The translations under genes were made by a program, and so were the position numbers. Below are positions 12,094-23,209 of a DNA stretch of 45,404 nucleotides, in pieces. The number at the start of each line of letters is the position of its first letter. The stretch's first letter is position 1. Under the pieces are notes generated by a model that was not told where the DNA came from, made no database searches, and was given only the letters and a program-made list of their open reading frames with translations. Source of the DNA: Octopus bimaculoides (taxonomy: Eukaryota); assembly GCF_001194135.2 (NCBI RefSeq), contig NC_068985.1, positions 71,178,546 through 71,223,949 of the forward strand, written 5' to 3'.

Positions 12094-12281
12094 CCCCACC
12101 ATCGCTTAACAAATGATGTTGCTGTATTTACGTCCCCGTAACCTAGCCCTTCAGCAAAATACACTGACAGAATATGTACTAGTCTTACAAATAATAAATT
12201 CTGGGGTCGATTTCTTCGACTAAAAGTGATGTTCCAGCATGGCCGCATTCACATGCCCGAAACAATTTTAACAATAAAAGA
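12094..12281 (+). mobile_element. SINE 3' half after TA/TG microsatellite
   Basis: Homologous to 53-242 throughout; ctggggtcgatttcttcgactaaaa...ccagcatggccgca. Confidence 0.85.
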
Positions 12282-12295
12282 CTATGCCATTTTAA

Positions 12296-12325
12296 CTCCG
12301 AGCAACGCCGGGTATGTCTGCTAGT
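12296..12325 (+). mobile_element. Helitron-like 3' terminus (hairpin + CTAG)
   Basis: ctccgagcaacgccgggtatgtctgCTAGt; matches 2482-2510. Confidence 0.65.
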
Positions 12326-12584
12326 ATATATATTAATATATATATATATATCTATATTCTGGTATCACATAATGAAATGATTGAAATGAACGAAACATAT
12401 TCATAAAGCAGTTACTTATGCATTAATGATTAATATAGTTATATTCTACTTTTGAAGTGGAACTGTACGAAAAAGCACGTTAAAAAATACGTGTGTACAT
12501 ATGTGTGTTTATGTATGCGTTCTGTGTGCGCTCGTATGTCTGTGAGCGTGTGTAATATTCATAATATTTATGTACATCATGTAT

Positions 12585-12586
12585 AT

Positions 12587-12675
<89 letters not shown>

Positions 12676-12785
12676 CAGACAGACAGAAAGACAAAGAGTG
12701 AGAGAGAGTGAGAGAGAGTGAGGGAGAGACCGAGATATAGATTGAGAGACAGAACGAGAGAGTGTATGTGTAGATAGATAATTAT

Positions 12786-12846
<61 letters not shown>

Positions 12847-12860
12847 CAGGTAGGTAGATA
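12585..12860. repeat. Compound microsatellite (CA)n-(TA)n-(GA)n-(GACA)n-(GATA)n
   Basis: Consecutive di- and tetranucleotide arrays. Confidence 0.97.
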
Positions 12861-13294
12861 TGTGTGTATGTGTGGGTGTATGTATATAATTCACTTAAAA
12901 CGTTAGTCAAGCATTGTCTTCATTGTCGTTATGGCCAATCAAATTTCAATTACATCGTGATTCTACATGACTCTAATATTTTAAAATTATTGAAATTCAC
13001 GGTTCTGCTAAGCGACAGACAAACGGGAGGCGGAAGGGGAGGAAAGAATTAACACTTCGTATAACACGATACCAGACAGATGAGATTTCAACGTGACATT
13101 AAGCGTTACATACATCCATGAGTATCTCGTCTTGTATATGCGTATGTAAGAGTGTGGGGGGGGGGCGTTTGTGTGTGTGTGTGTGTGCGCGCGCGCGTGT
13201 TTATCATAAATGCAATGAACAAAAACAGAAAACGACAACGCAGAAGGGACACGTTTTAGCAAATATATTAGTTTATAGCCTGGATGGAAGGGAA

Positions 13295-14640
13295 AGAACA
13301 GTAACATTTCGGATGTTACTCCTTCTTCAAAAGTAAAGTATGGCAGGAATAAGAAAACGAAAAAGTGTTTGAGAGAAAAATAGGGTCGAGAAGTTAGGAG
13401 CCAGGCAGTAACACGATTTTATAGAGGAGAGTTAAGAAGAGAGGAAGAGCAATTGCGTGCATGCATTATAGGAGTGTATCTCTGTTTGGAGATGAGTATT
13501 TGGAGGAGTGGAGTGTGTGATTTGCGAGGAGCGAATGGAGAAGTGTAAGTGAGGGAGTATGGTGGCTTGAGTTAGTGAATGGTGAGTTGTTGGGTGTGAG
13601 ATAAATCTTTTGTGTGTATGTGAGGAAAGTGAGTGAGTGAGGAAATTGGAAATGGGAGCGGGCGCGACTGTAAGTTAAAAGGAAGGCAAGAGAAAAGAGG
13701 AGAGTGTGGCAGAAGTGTGTGCAAGTGTATGTGTATGAGACATTGTTATATGAAAGGGAGGTATGAGAAAGAACAACGGAAGTGGGAGAAAAGGAGCGAG
13801 TTAGGGAGAAAAGAAAAGTTAAGGAAAAATATGGGGAAAATTAAAAAAATTAATTACAATATAACACAAGTAAGAAATTTATAGTGCAGTGAGAAGAAAA
13901 TTAGTTTGGTGAGGTAAGTAGAAAGGCAAGAGGAATGCGATAGAGGTGTGTGTACATGCCAGAGTGTAAATCAAAAGAAAGTAAATCGAAAATATGGGAA
14001 AACATGAACGAGTATAAAGAGAAAGAGAGAAAAGATGAGACGAGAAATGAGAGAAAGGTATGAGAAAAATTGGAATAAAATGTATTACAACACAAATTTG
14101 ATTAAAAAATAAATGAAATTACGAATCCTGCGAGAGAAGAAAACTTACGTATAAATCACACAACACAACACTGAGGTGGTTATTCAACTGGTTAAAAGTC
14201 AGGGGTAGTATCGCCCACATTATAAGGAGGAACTGAGGAAAGAAAATTGTGAGGTACGTAGAAAGGTACGAAAAACGCGATAGATGCGGGAGCATGTGTA
14301 AGAGTTCAGATGGGTGTGTGTATATATGCTAAGAAGACCAAATGGTAGGTGAATGGTGATAAGTGTGTGTTCATGTAGGGCCTCTAGATATACATGCGGG
14401 TAAAGTAAATATGTGTAGGCATGCGTATGCCAGTATGATGACATGTGGGGATATGCATGTATGAATGTGCTGTATGTGAATATGTCAAGGAGAAAATGTG
14501 GTTACGTGTGTGAGATGTGAATGTGTGAGGAGAGGAGGGGCGTATGCAGAAATGATGTGGGCGTGTTGAGGACGTGTGCGTTGGTGTGAAGTTTTGTGGG
14601 TGAGTTGCGAGAAGTGAGAGAGTGTGTGATACATGAGAAT
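13295..14640 (-). other. Strongly strand-skewed (pyrimidine-rich on minus) non-coding tract ending in a degenerate hammerhead-like motif; possible Penelope-like relic
   Basis: The plus strand is almost free of C; a diverged internal direct repeat lies at 13894-13946 / 14240-14286; the minus strand ends in tTGAAGA-agga gtaaca tcc-GAAAt gtt at 13301-13330. Confidence 0.4.
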
Positions 14641-14737
14641 GGCGTGGGAGAGAAGAGAGGAGAGAGAGAGTGTGTGTGTGTGTGTGAGAGAGAGTGTGTA
14701 TGAGAGAGAGAGAGAGAGAGAGAGAGAGTGTGTGTAT

Positions 14738-14773
<36 letters not shown>

Positions 14774-15344
14774 CTTTGAGTGGAATGTATAGTGATAGAG
14801 AGGGAGTGGGGGAAAATAGTTTAGAAGAAATGAGGAGGAGAATGCAGACCGAAAGGCTAAATTGTATGGAAAGAAAAAATGAGCTTCATTTCCCTCTAGA
14901 AGTAAGTGGTAAAAGACCCAAAGGTGGCAGGCACGACAAGGACCGAGAGGTTTTGGGTAGAATGGTCGGTGGAGCGGAAATGTGGCAAAAAAAGTTCTAC
15001 ATTTCACTTTGCTCAAGTCTACTCAACACAAATTTAGTACCAGCTGACTTTTGACGCATCTCTCTTTGCTGCCAGCTGTCAAATCTTGTAAGTAACGCGG
15101 AGTCAACGAGTGAAAGCGACAAGAGACGGGAGGTATCTATGTCTCCTTGCGACTACATAGGTATTTCAACCTTTTCGCTGAAGCAGGTACATAGTACTGA
15201 GCTGTATATGTCCGCGGATGATGGCTGTTTGCTTATAAGGTCATTCTGTTCTTTTTTTGGCGTGATTTTATTGATATTTGGCCTGCTGTTTCTAGCAAGC
15301 CAATTTCTGGTGAATTTCTTGGATTGTATAAAGGCTGTCTGTGA

Positions 15345-15562
15345 AAGGCGGCGATCTGGCAGAATTGTTAGCACTCCGGACAAAATTCTTATTGGTATTT
15401 CGTTCGTCTTCACGATCTGAGTTCAAATTCCGCCGAGGTCGATTTTGCCTTTCATTCTTTTGGAGCCGGTAAAATGAGTACCAGCTGAGTACTGTGGTCG
15501 ATGTAATGGACTAACATCCTGCCCCGAAATTACCGGCCTTGTGCCAAAATGTGTAACCAATA
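15345..15562 (+). mobile_element. tRNA-derived SINE, full length
   Basis: aaggcggcgatctggcagaattgttagc...gagttcaaattccgccgaggtcgattttgcctttcat...ggccttgtgccaaaat; B-box present. Confidence 0.92.
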
Positions 15563-18034
15563 GAGGGTCTATCAAAACTAAATTCAGTGAAAAAGGTTGT
15601 GATACCACCAAAATGTTGGTAATAAGGTAAACTTGACATTAACCACCAACAATGTGAATGATGAGGCAAAAAATAATGAAATTGATGTAATTACTATTTG
15701 ATTTAACTATTTTTTAATGTCTGCATTCAAAACATCGGCAAGCGAAGGCGGAAATCCAAAGGATTACACTTCTATAATAGAAGAATGTTTAGTATGAGAA
15801 TCATTTTTATGGATTCTGACGTTTTCAGGGTCCTTAAGAACGATAGGGTGAAAGGAGGAAAGCAGCTATCATCAAACCGTAGTGGACTCCACAAAAAATA
15901 TCGTAGGCCTAAATGGTAGTGTTAAACTGGCAATGGATCTGAGAGGTAGGACGCTATTATTGTAACAGAGCTAAACAGACGATGTGCCACAAGGATCTGA
16001 GTGGTGTGGATTCGCAGATAACTATTCTTTCAGGAAAAAAAGAGGGCGCTGAAAGAAACACCGTGTTTGTTATATGCTGGTGGTTGATGCGTACTGTTTT
16101 AGAAACTTTTTCAATCAGTTTCATTGGTCTTATTTTTGTTGCAGTTATGGATTTTTGTGAATAGCAATTACTTTTATCGGCTGTAGCACACTGCTAGTAA
16201 ACTACAGATACCTCCTCCCACACCTGAACCGGAACTTTTGATAAAGAATACTTTAATTAATAAAAGACAGGGGTATTTAGTCCACCATTGTAACGTTTTG
16301 GCAAGTCCAGCGTATCCCACCCCCACCCACTCAATCTTTATTTAGTTATTTGTCACAAGGAAAGTCTAATATTATTGCAGCAAAGTTAGTTTACATTCTG
16401 TCTACCTTCCTTTTAGATTTTACTAATGCTTAAGTCCTTTTCTTGACCTGTAGAAGAAAAGGTGGAATTTACTTCACTGTTTGAACTCGAGTCAAGATGA
16501 GTCTCAAAATTATACCATATTTAATGTCCCAACTTATTGCCGTCACGTTCGTTCACTTCTCACTACTTTTAATGAATGTTTATGAACAAAGCAAGTCGGC
16601 TTACTTAGCTTCTCTGTAGAAACTAATGCAACAGAGCACGGGATAAGCAATAGCAAATGCCATAATCTCTCATGTGACTGTTGTAGATTACTTTTCCACA
16701 ACATTTACGTTTATATTTCTGAGTTTTCTTTCTCTAATACATACGCTCACGTGAATACGTACATATTTACTTGTACACTTATCTTTAAGAGTGTATGCTT
16801 CCTTGAATGAGAAAGAACATAAAGGCTTCCAGTTTAGAAACTATAACTGGAATATTGCGTTCTTAATAGATTTCCTAAAGAAATTGAAGCTATAAGTGAA
16901 CCGAAACCCAATCTCAGTTTCGACACATTGAGGTGCTTGCATTTTACTCCAATAGTGCTGACTAACTTCATACATTATTCTTCTTTCAAGTTAAAGAAAA
17001 ATCCCATAAGTCATTGCACAACATAATAAAAAATTCCGAAAAAATTAAACTTGTGTGTATGAGTGTGTATGTGTAGTGTATGTACATGTGAATGTGTGTG
17101 TGCGTATGTGTGTGTGCGTGCGTGCATGCGTGTGCGTGCCTCTGTATGTGTGCGTGCNNNNNNNNNNGTGTGTGTGTATGTGTGTGCTTAAAATGAAAAT
17201 TTAAATCGACTGAAATAATTTTTTTTCTTTTGTGCGGCAACAAGAATTTTTTTATTTCGCCTCATTTAACGTGTAATTAAAATTCCACCTCATTAATATA
17301 ACACACAAAGATGCGTAAAATATTGTCTGGTGTTGGCCGTTCGTGTGAAAATGTTTGAATAAATATACGCGTCTGTAGTTTGGCCGAGAAAAAAAAAGAA
17401 CAGAAGAAGTTTTAACATCACAATATAAAATTCTTTTTTTTTTTTTTAGGTCAAATATTGATTGCAAACATAGACGCAGGACCACAAACGATTACATTGG
17501 TCGCCGTATATGACTGGTAGCCATTTAATTTCACCGTGGGAGGATGAAAAGTGAAGTTGGTCATTGTGGAATTTGAACTCGAAACGTTATTATGTACAAC
17601 AGTTTTATTCGTCACTTTACCTCTCCTGCCAACATACTTCATACATACAGCCTTTGTTGGTATCAGGGCGTGATCTAAAACTACTGCAAGTGGAGGACCT
17701 TTTATCTGTTGTTACAGAATCCTTCTAGGAGAGGGACACTCTAATGCAAAACAGCTGAACGTGATTACTGTTCATCTTAATTCGGCCTGTCCCTCCACTG
17801 ACATACAACTGTCTCTTTATGGTGATCTCATTTGTTATTCCATCTACTGAAAGTTCTACGAAAACTGAAGAGTGGAGACGTGTGCAGATCTCACCAGTTG
17901 AAAGCGCACACTAAGTCACAACTTTCGAGTCATCTGCGATGCCATGGACGGAAAGTCACACATGTCATTGACAACGAGGAAGCACGAGATGTCAATTATC
18001 TATGAAGATGGAGCAATCGCCAGGTATGGATGTA

Positions 18035-18248
18035 CGAGGGGGCGCTGAAAAGTTTCTGGTTTTAAGAGTATCAGGAAAGGCCTGGTTGGAGGCCCAACCT
18101 TCCGAATTCTTCTACAGGGCTTAGAAAAACTGAAGGACTGCTGCAATGTGTGTGAATCTTAGAGGGGAATATGTTTAACAAAATTACAATGAACTGATCC
18201 TCTTGTATTTTCTTTTACCCAAACCAGGTACTTTTCAGCACCCACTCG
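18035..18248 (+). mobile_element. Mariner-derived MITE (internally deleted Tc1/mariner)
   Basis: 25-bp TIRs, 21/25 identical (CGAGGGGGCGCTGAAAAGTTTCTGG vs CGAGTGGGTGCTGAAAAGTACCTGG); TA on both sides (18033-34, 18249-50); the interior retains a decayed transposase C-terminus (LQGLEKLKDCCN...GEY-like). Confidence 0.88.
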
Positions 18249-18971
18249 TATGTATGGATGTATGCATGTATGTGCATGTGTATGTATAATACATGCATAC
18301 ATATATACAAACGGACATACATTTGAAGGGAAGAAACAGTCGTTTGTTGACTGCTGCCTGCATTATCGACCTCGGAAACAAAGCAAAGTTTGTTTTTGTT
18401 GATTTGTTGAGGTAAAATATTAATAGCCAACGCAGTTGAATTAAATGATGAAAATTAATCACGATGGATGTCTTTTTGTTATAGCAGAATAAAAAAAAAA
18501 CAATTGGCTTCGCTCATGAAATTTACTATAGAATAGGTTAGCAAAAGAAGATTGAAAAGTCACCCATCTCTTGTAGTTTGAGGATAAAAGTAAAACCGAT
18601 AAATATTCGTTAAATGCAACGAATTAATTGATGGAGATGAGAATTAAAAAAAAAAAGAATAAAATATTTCACCTGTCAAGTGAAACTTGCTGGATATCAG
18701 ATAAAAGTCAACAGTTATTATTGACATAGGTATGTTGTATCCAAAGAATAGTGCTCGCGTCTTAGCGGATTGTATTAAATGTTAATTCTTTACCAACCCC
18801 ACAGATATGAAAGACTAAATTCGAACTTCATGACATTTGAAATCTAACAGGTGAAGTATAGAACTTGATGCCAGATAATATTTCATCCTTTACTATATTA
18901 TTTCGTTGAAGTCAACAACGTTCTCAAGTTTTATATATATAAAGAATGGAATTTCGAAATTCCATCCTTCG

Positions 18972-20485
18972 ATTATTATTATTGCCTTTGCACAGCTTCT
19001 AACGCTGGAGATGTACTACGGTGTCAGCTGTTCACTACCAGTAAACTAAGGTAACACTCCTTATTTTTGGAGCACCATCCGGAGTATTCGAGCTGTTCCC
19101 AGCAGTGCTGTTTTCTGGAAGTACTCCACCCTTATTGTAGCCCCTTTTTGTTCCATGTACTTCTCAAGATTATTACTCACTATTCCCAGGGCTCCGACAA
19201 TTATCGGTACTACTACCACCATTTTCATCGATCACAACTGCTTAACTCCCAAGCTAACCTGTCATATCTATTGACTTTTCTTTCTTCTTTAACACATACC
19301 TTGTTGTCAGCCGGGTATGCTATATCTATGATCCAGCATAGTTTGCTTTCTTTCTCAATTAAGACTATGTCTGGCTTCCTATTCTCTGTCTCATTGTCGC
19401 ACTGAATGATAAAATCCCACAGGATTTTTGCATTAACACTTTCGATGATGCCTTCGGGTTTATGATCGCACCAATTTTTAGCTCTGCTCTGGCAAGTCCA
19501 TATTTGTTGCAAAGTGTCCAATGGACAAGCCTGGCTATATTGTCGTGGTATCTTTTATATTCCTTCTGAGCTAGTGGCGTACATTGGTTGGTAATATACC
19601 ATACGGTTTCACCATTTTGTCCATAAATTCTGCGCTTATCACTTTCTGATGTGTTGTCTGTTCTATATTTTATGTAATGTGTTCTTAGTGCTTGCTCTTG
19701 GGCAGCACAGATTAGAGCCTCTGTTTCCGGTTTTAAATCGCTTTTAGTCATCCACAGGCATTTTTTTTTCTCTGTTTGTCTTATCTTCAACATTCCTATG
19801 AAATTGCCCATGCATTCTTTTCTTTACCCCCTATTTTCAGTTTCATTCGTTTTCAATTGCTTGTACAGTGCATTATCTTTGCAATCTTCCATCCTACACA
19901 AGCTTGACCTTCTTACTTCTAATAATAGCGGTTCTGTGGCATTTTTTACATACCATGCTATGTTGTTTTCTTCTGCTCTAATGNNNNNNNNNNGCGGTTC
20001 TGTGGCATTTTTTACATACCATGCTATGTTGTTTTCTTCTGCTCTAATGTTGTGTTCGCATCCAATAAGTCCTCTTTCTCTTCTTTTTCTTGGTACATAC
20101 AGTCCGTCTGCGTCACTTTTTGGGTGGAGTGTCCCATATCTAGTTAGCAACTTCCTTGTCTTTCTATCTAAGCTGTTTAGTTCGTCTATTGTCCATGCGA
20201 TTACCCCTGCTCCATACCTAAGGAGTGCAACCGCCCAGGTGTTGATAGCTTCGATCTTATTCCGTCCGTTTAATTTCAACTTAAGTATCAGTCTTAGTCT
20301 GCGCAAGTACTCCACCTTAAATTTTTCTGTCATTTCTTTCTCCATCAATTTATGCATTTTCAAAATCCCCAAGTACTTATAGCTCGTTTCTTCAATCTGC
20401 TTCATAACCTCCCGCCGAGGGAACTGACTTGGGATTCATCTTTACCACGAAGTTTGAGGTCATCCATGAATAACAAATGGTTGAC
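18972..20485 (-). mobile_element. R4/Dong-clade non-LTR retrotransposon, 3' part (RT C-terminus, decayed CCHC finger, restriction-like endonuclease), pseudogenised
   Basis: Peptides VNHLLFMDDLKL, YKYLGI, LKLNGRNKIEAINTWAVALLRY, LHPKSDADGLYVPRK, ETEALICAAQEQALRT, KEYKRYHDNIARLVHW, KILWDFIIQ, KPDIVLIEKE..WIIDIAYPAD, VGALGIV, ALLGTARILR; short 3' UTR and (AAT)4 tail; frameshifts and a deletion after the FMDD motif; the 5' part runs into a gap. Confidence 0.92.
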
Positions 20486-21212
20486 NNNNNNNNNNNNNNN
20501 NNNNNNNNNNNNNNNNNNNNNNNNNNNNNNNNNNNNNNNNNNNNNNNNNNNNNNNNNNNNNNNNNNNNNNNNNNNNNNNNNNNNNNNNNNNNNNNNNNNN
20601 NNNNNNNNNNNNNNNNNNNNNNNNNNNNNNNNNNNNNNNNNNNNNNAAATAGGTTCATACATATCATTGATATTATTGTTTTTTTTTTTTTCTATTTGTC
20701 ATTGTTACATTAACAGACTCAGAGGTAACACAGACCTATACGGGGCAGGGGTGGCACCAATTTCCAGCTATGCTCACATGGACAGCCGCATAGAAAATTG
20801 CACTGTTTCATCAGGACTTCTTCAGTAATGTTAGTTGGAATTTAAAAGAGATGTAACTACTCATTCTGTCACGCAAAAACGACTTTCCAGAGAGTCCATT
20901 GCTCACTTGTAATCTTCTTCGGTGAACAGGCTAAGCGTATGAAGACTAAGATCGTTGCCTTCGTCCTTATTTCTGTAACCACGATGACTGTTTTTTCAAT
21001 GTTGTTTTTTTGTCGCTAGCTAGGCTACGTTCTCTAAGCACGGGTTCTGAGAGGGTTGTAGATTTTAATTACTTCTTGCATTGTTGCTGTATTTGCTCTC
21101 TTTGCTGGACAGCCTTCTTCAGTTTTCTATCACCGTTGTCAATTACTGCCTTTATTGTTGTATCTATATATTGTAGCAGCCGTGGTGGCAGCAACAGCAA
21201 CAGTAGTAGGGT

Positions 21213-21283
<71 letters not shown>
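21213..21283. repeat. (ATT)n microsatellite
   Basis: About 23 units with one interruption. Confidence 0.98.
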
Positions 21284-21897
21284 GAGTGAGAGAGCAGTGC
21301 ATGCCATCAAAGTGACACTGGGGTACAATTATACAAAGCCCAATATACTCATCATGACTACCCGTCTGATAAGGTAACACCAGGCACATGCATCACAGCC
21401 ATATTTGCGGGATATGGTGATCTCGTATCAAGATAAACAGCGCATGACCTTGCAGGTGGGACCCAGTTAGAATTTTCTTCAGGTCGAGTAGCCCATCCCG
21501 CTAAAAAGGTCACTGAATAAGGTTTGTTTAATGGTGATGAACGAAACACCCATGTTTCCAAAGGTGAATTATTCAAACCCCAAAGAATTCCTCTCAACAC
21601 ATGGTTATGATGCTCCTCCACTACTTCTGCTCGTGATCAGAGATACACATATCTTCAGCCACCAAGAGACGACAAGCTCAACTGGTTATGGTCAAATAAC
21701 TGATAAGCAAATCTCTGGTATTGAGCAGAAGAATTGCTGTCGCCCATCTTTTATATCAAAATAAAACAATGTACATGATAACACTTCCAATCAATTAAGA
21801 TCAGAAACTTTGAGCGCCACTACCTGGTATTGTTTCAGGGCATTGATGCTCCCCCGCTACTTCTGCTCGTGATCAGAGATGCACTTATCGTCAGCCA
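21284..21897 (-). mobile_element. About 560-bp non-coding interspersed element nested between (ATT)n arrays, plus a duplicated 54-bp internal module
   Basis: High-complexity ORF-poor block with (ATT)n on both sides; 21844-21897 repeats 21608-21661 (49/54). Strand is inferred from an (AAT)n tail as in the nearby R4/Dong copy. Confidence 0.6.
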
Positions 21898-21902
21898 TGC
21901 AC

Positions 21903-21975
<73 letters not shown>
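21903..21975. repeat. (ATT)n microsatellite running into gap
   Basis: Perfect array; the source of the poly-I/L/N ORFs. Confidence 0.98.
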
Positions 21976-22796
21976 NNNNNNNNNNNNNNNNNNNNNNNNN
22001 NNNNNNNNNNNNNNNNNNNNNNNNNNNNNNNNNNNNNNNNNNNNNNNNNNNNNNNNNNNNNNNNNNNNNNNNNNNNNNNNNNNNNNNNNNNNNNNNNNNN
22101 NNNNNNNNNNNNNNNNNNNNNNNNNNNNNNNNNNNNNNNNNNNNNNNNNNNNNNNNNNNNNNNNNNNNNNNNNNNNNNNNNNNNNNNNNNNNNNNNNNNN
22201 NNNNNNNNNNNNNNNNNNNNNNNNNNNNNNNNNNNNNNNNNNNNNNNNNNNNNNNNNNNNNNNNNNNNNNNNNNNNNNNNNNNNNNNNNNNNNNNNNNNN
22301 NNNNNNATATATATATATATATATATAATTTTTATCTGTCAGCATCAAGTTTGAAATTTTCCAAATAGTTTTCTGTTACCACTTTGTTTTATTTTTAGCT
22401 ATTATGTGTGTATAACCATATTTTCAGTGTGCCTTTTCTTGTTTAAGTGATGAGGTGCTATTTGAAGAAAAGTTGCCTGCTATTTCTTATATGTCCAGCG
22501 GTGAATAATGTCATACGTTTGCCTCACCCTGTAAATGTACAAAGCAAGAGTTATAACTTCTTCGTTGTTGTAGACCATTTGTGGTTTGGTTTAGCCCTAG
22601 GTCAATTCTAACTCAGTTACAGCTACGTGAAAAGTCGTGCTCATGGTAACTACCGAAATTTTACACTAAAGACACAAGAGTCTTCGAGAAACCGGACCCG
22701 ATTTGCAAAAATGGCGTATTGCTGGCAGCTACTTCATGGATAATTACCTTCTAATTAGTCATTAATTTATAGTAGTTTCTAATATAGGAACAAAAC

Positions 22797-22920
22797 TAGA
22801 AATTGGGGAAATAAGTTTAAGTCGATTATACCGGCCCAGTACCTTATTCTATCCAGTCTGGAATGATAAAAGGCAGAGTTAAACTCGGAGGCGTTTGAAC
22901 TTAAAACATAAAAAGACAGA
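22797..22920 (-). mobile_element. Diverged SINE fragment abutting the LINE tail
   Basis: agtcgatta...cccagtac.ttatt...aaaggcagagttaaactcggaggcgtttgaactta matches the inverted SINE core; the head is missing. Confidence 0.6.
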
Positions 22921-22925
22921 ACAAA

Positions 22926-23161
22926 TCATCATCATCCTTCAACCAGCCTATGGTTGGTCGGAATTCCATTGACAATCCCTTTCCACACTATACGGTCTTG
23001 CATTGCTGTGTTCATATCTCTAATATCCAGCTCTGAGTTCCGAGATATAGTATCTGGAAATGTCAGTTTCATGGAGAAAACACTTCCAGTGGGATGCCAT
23101 TGGAGCAGGNNNNNNNNNNCTCTGCTCGATTACAGTGGCAAGCAAATTGTAGCCGTTTCTG

Positions 23162-23209
<48 letters not shown>

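Noticed and set aside
15829-15918. Possible small plus-strand exon (VLKNDRVKGGKQLSSNRSGLHKKYRRPK)
   Set aside because: The donor is weak, there is no recognisable homology and no neighbouring exon could be linked.
19928-20049. Exact 56-bp direct repeat around a 10-N gap in the R4/Dong ORF
   Set aside because: Identical sequence on both sides of a minimal gap is the signature of unmerged contig overlap, so it is an assembly artefact.
20795-20830. Minus-strand ctgaaga...gaaac resembling a hammerhead
   Set aside because: Stem II does not pair and there is no valid NUH triplet with a pairing stem III.
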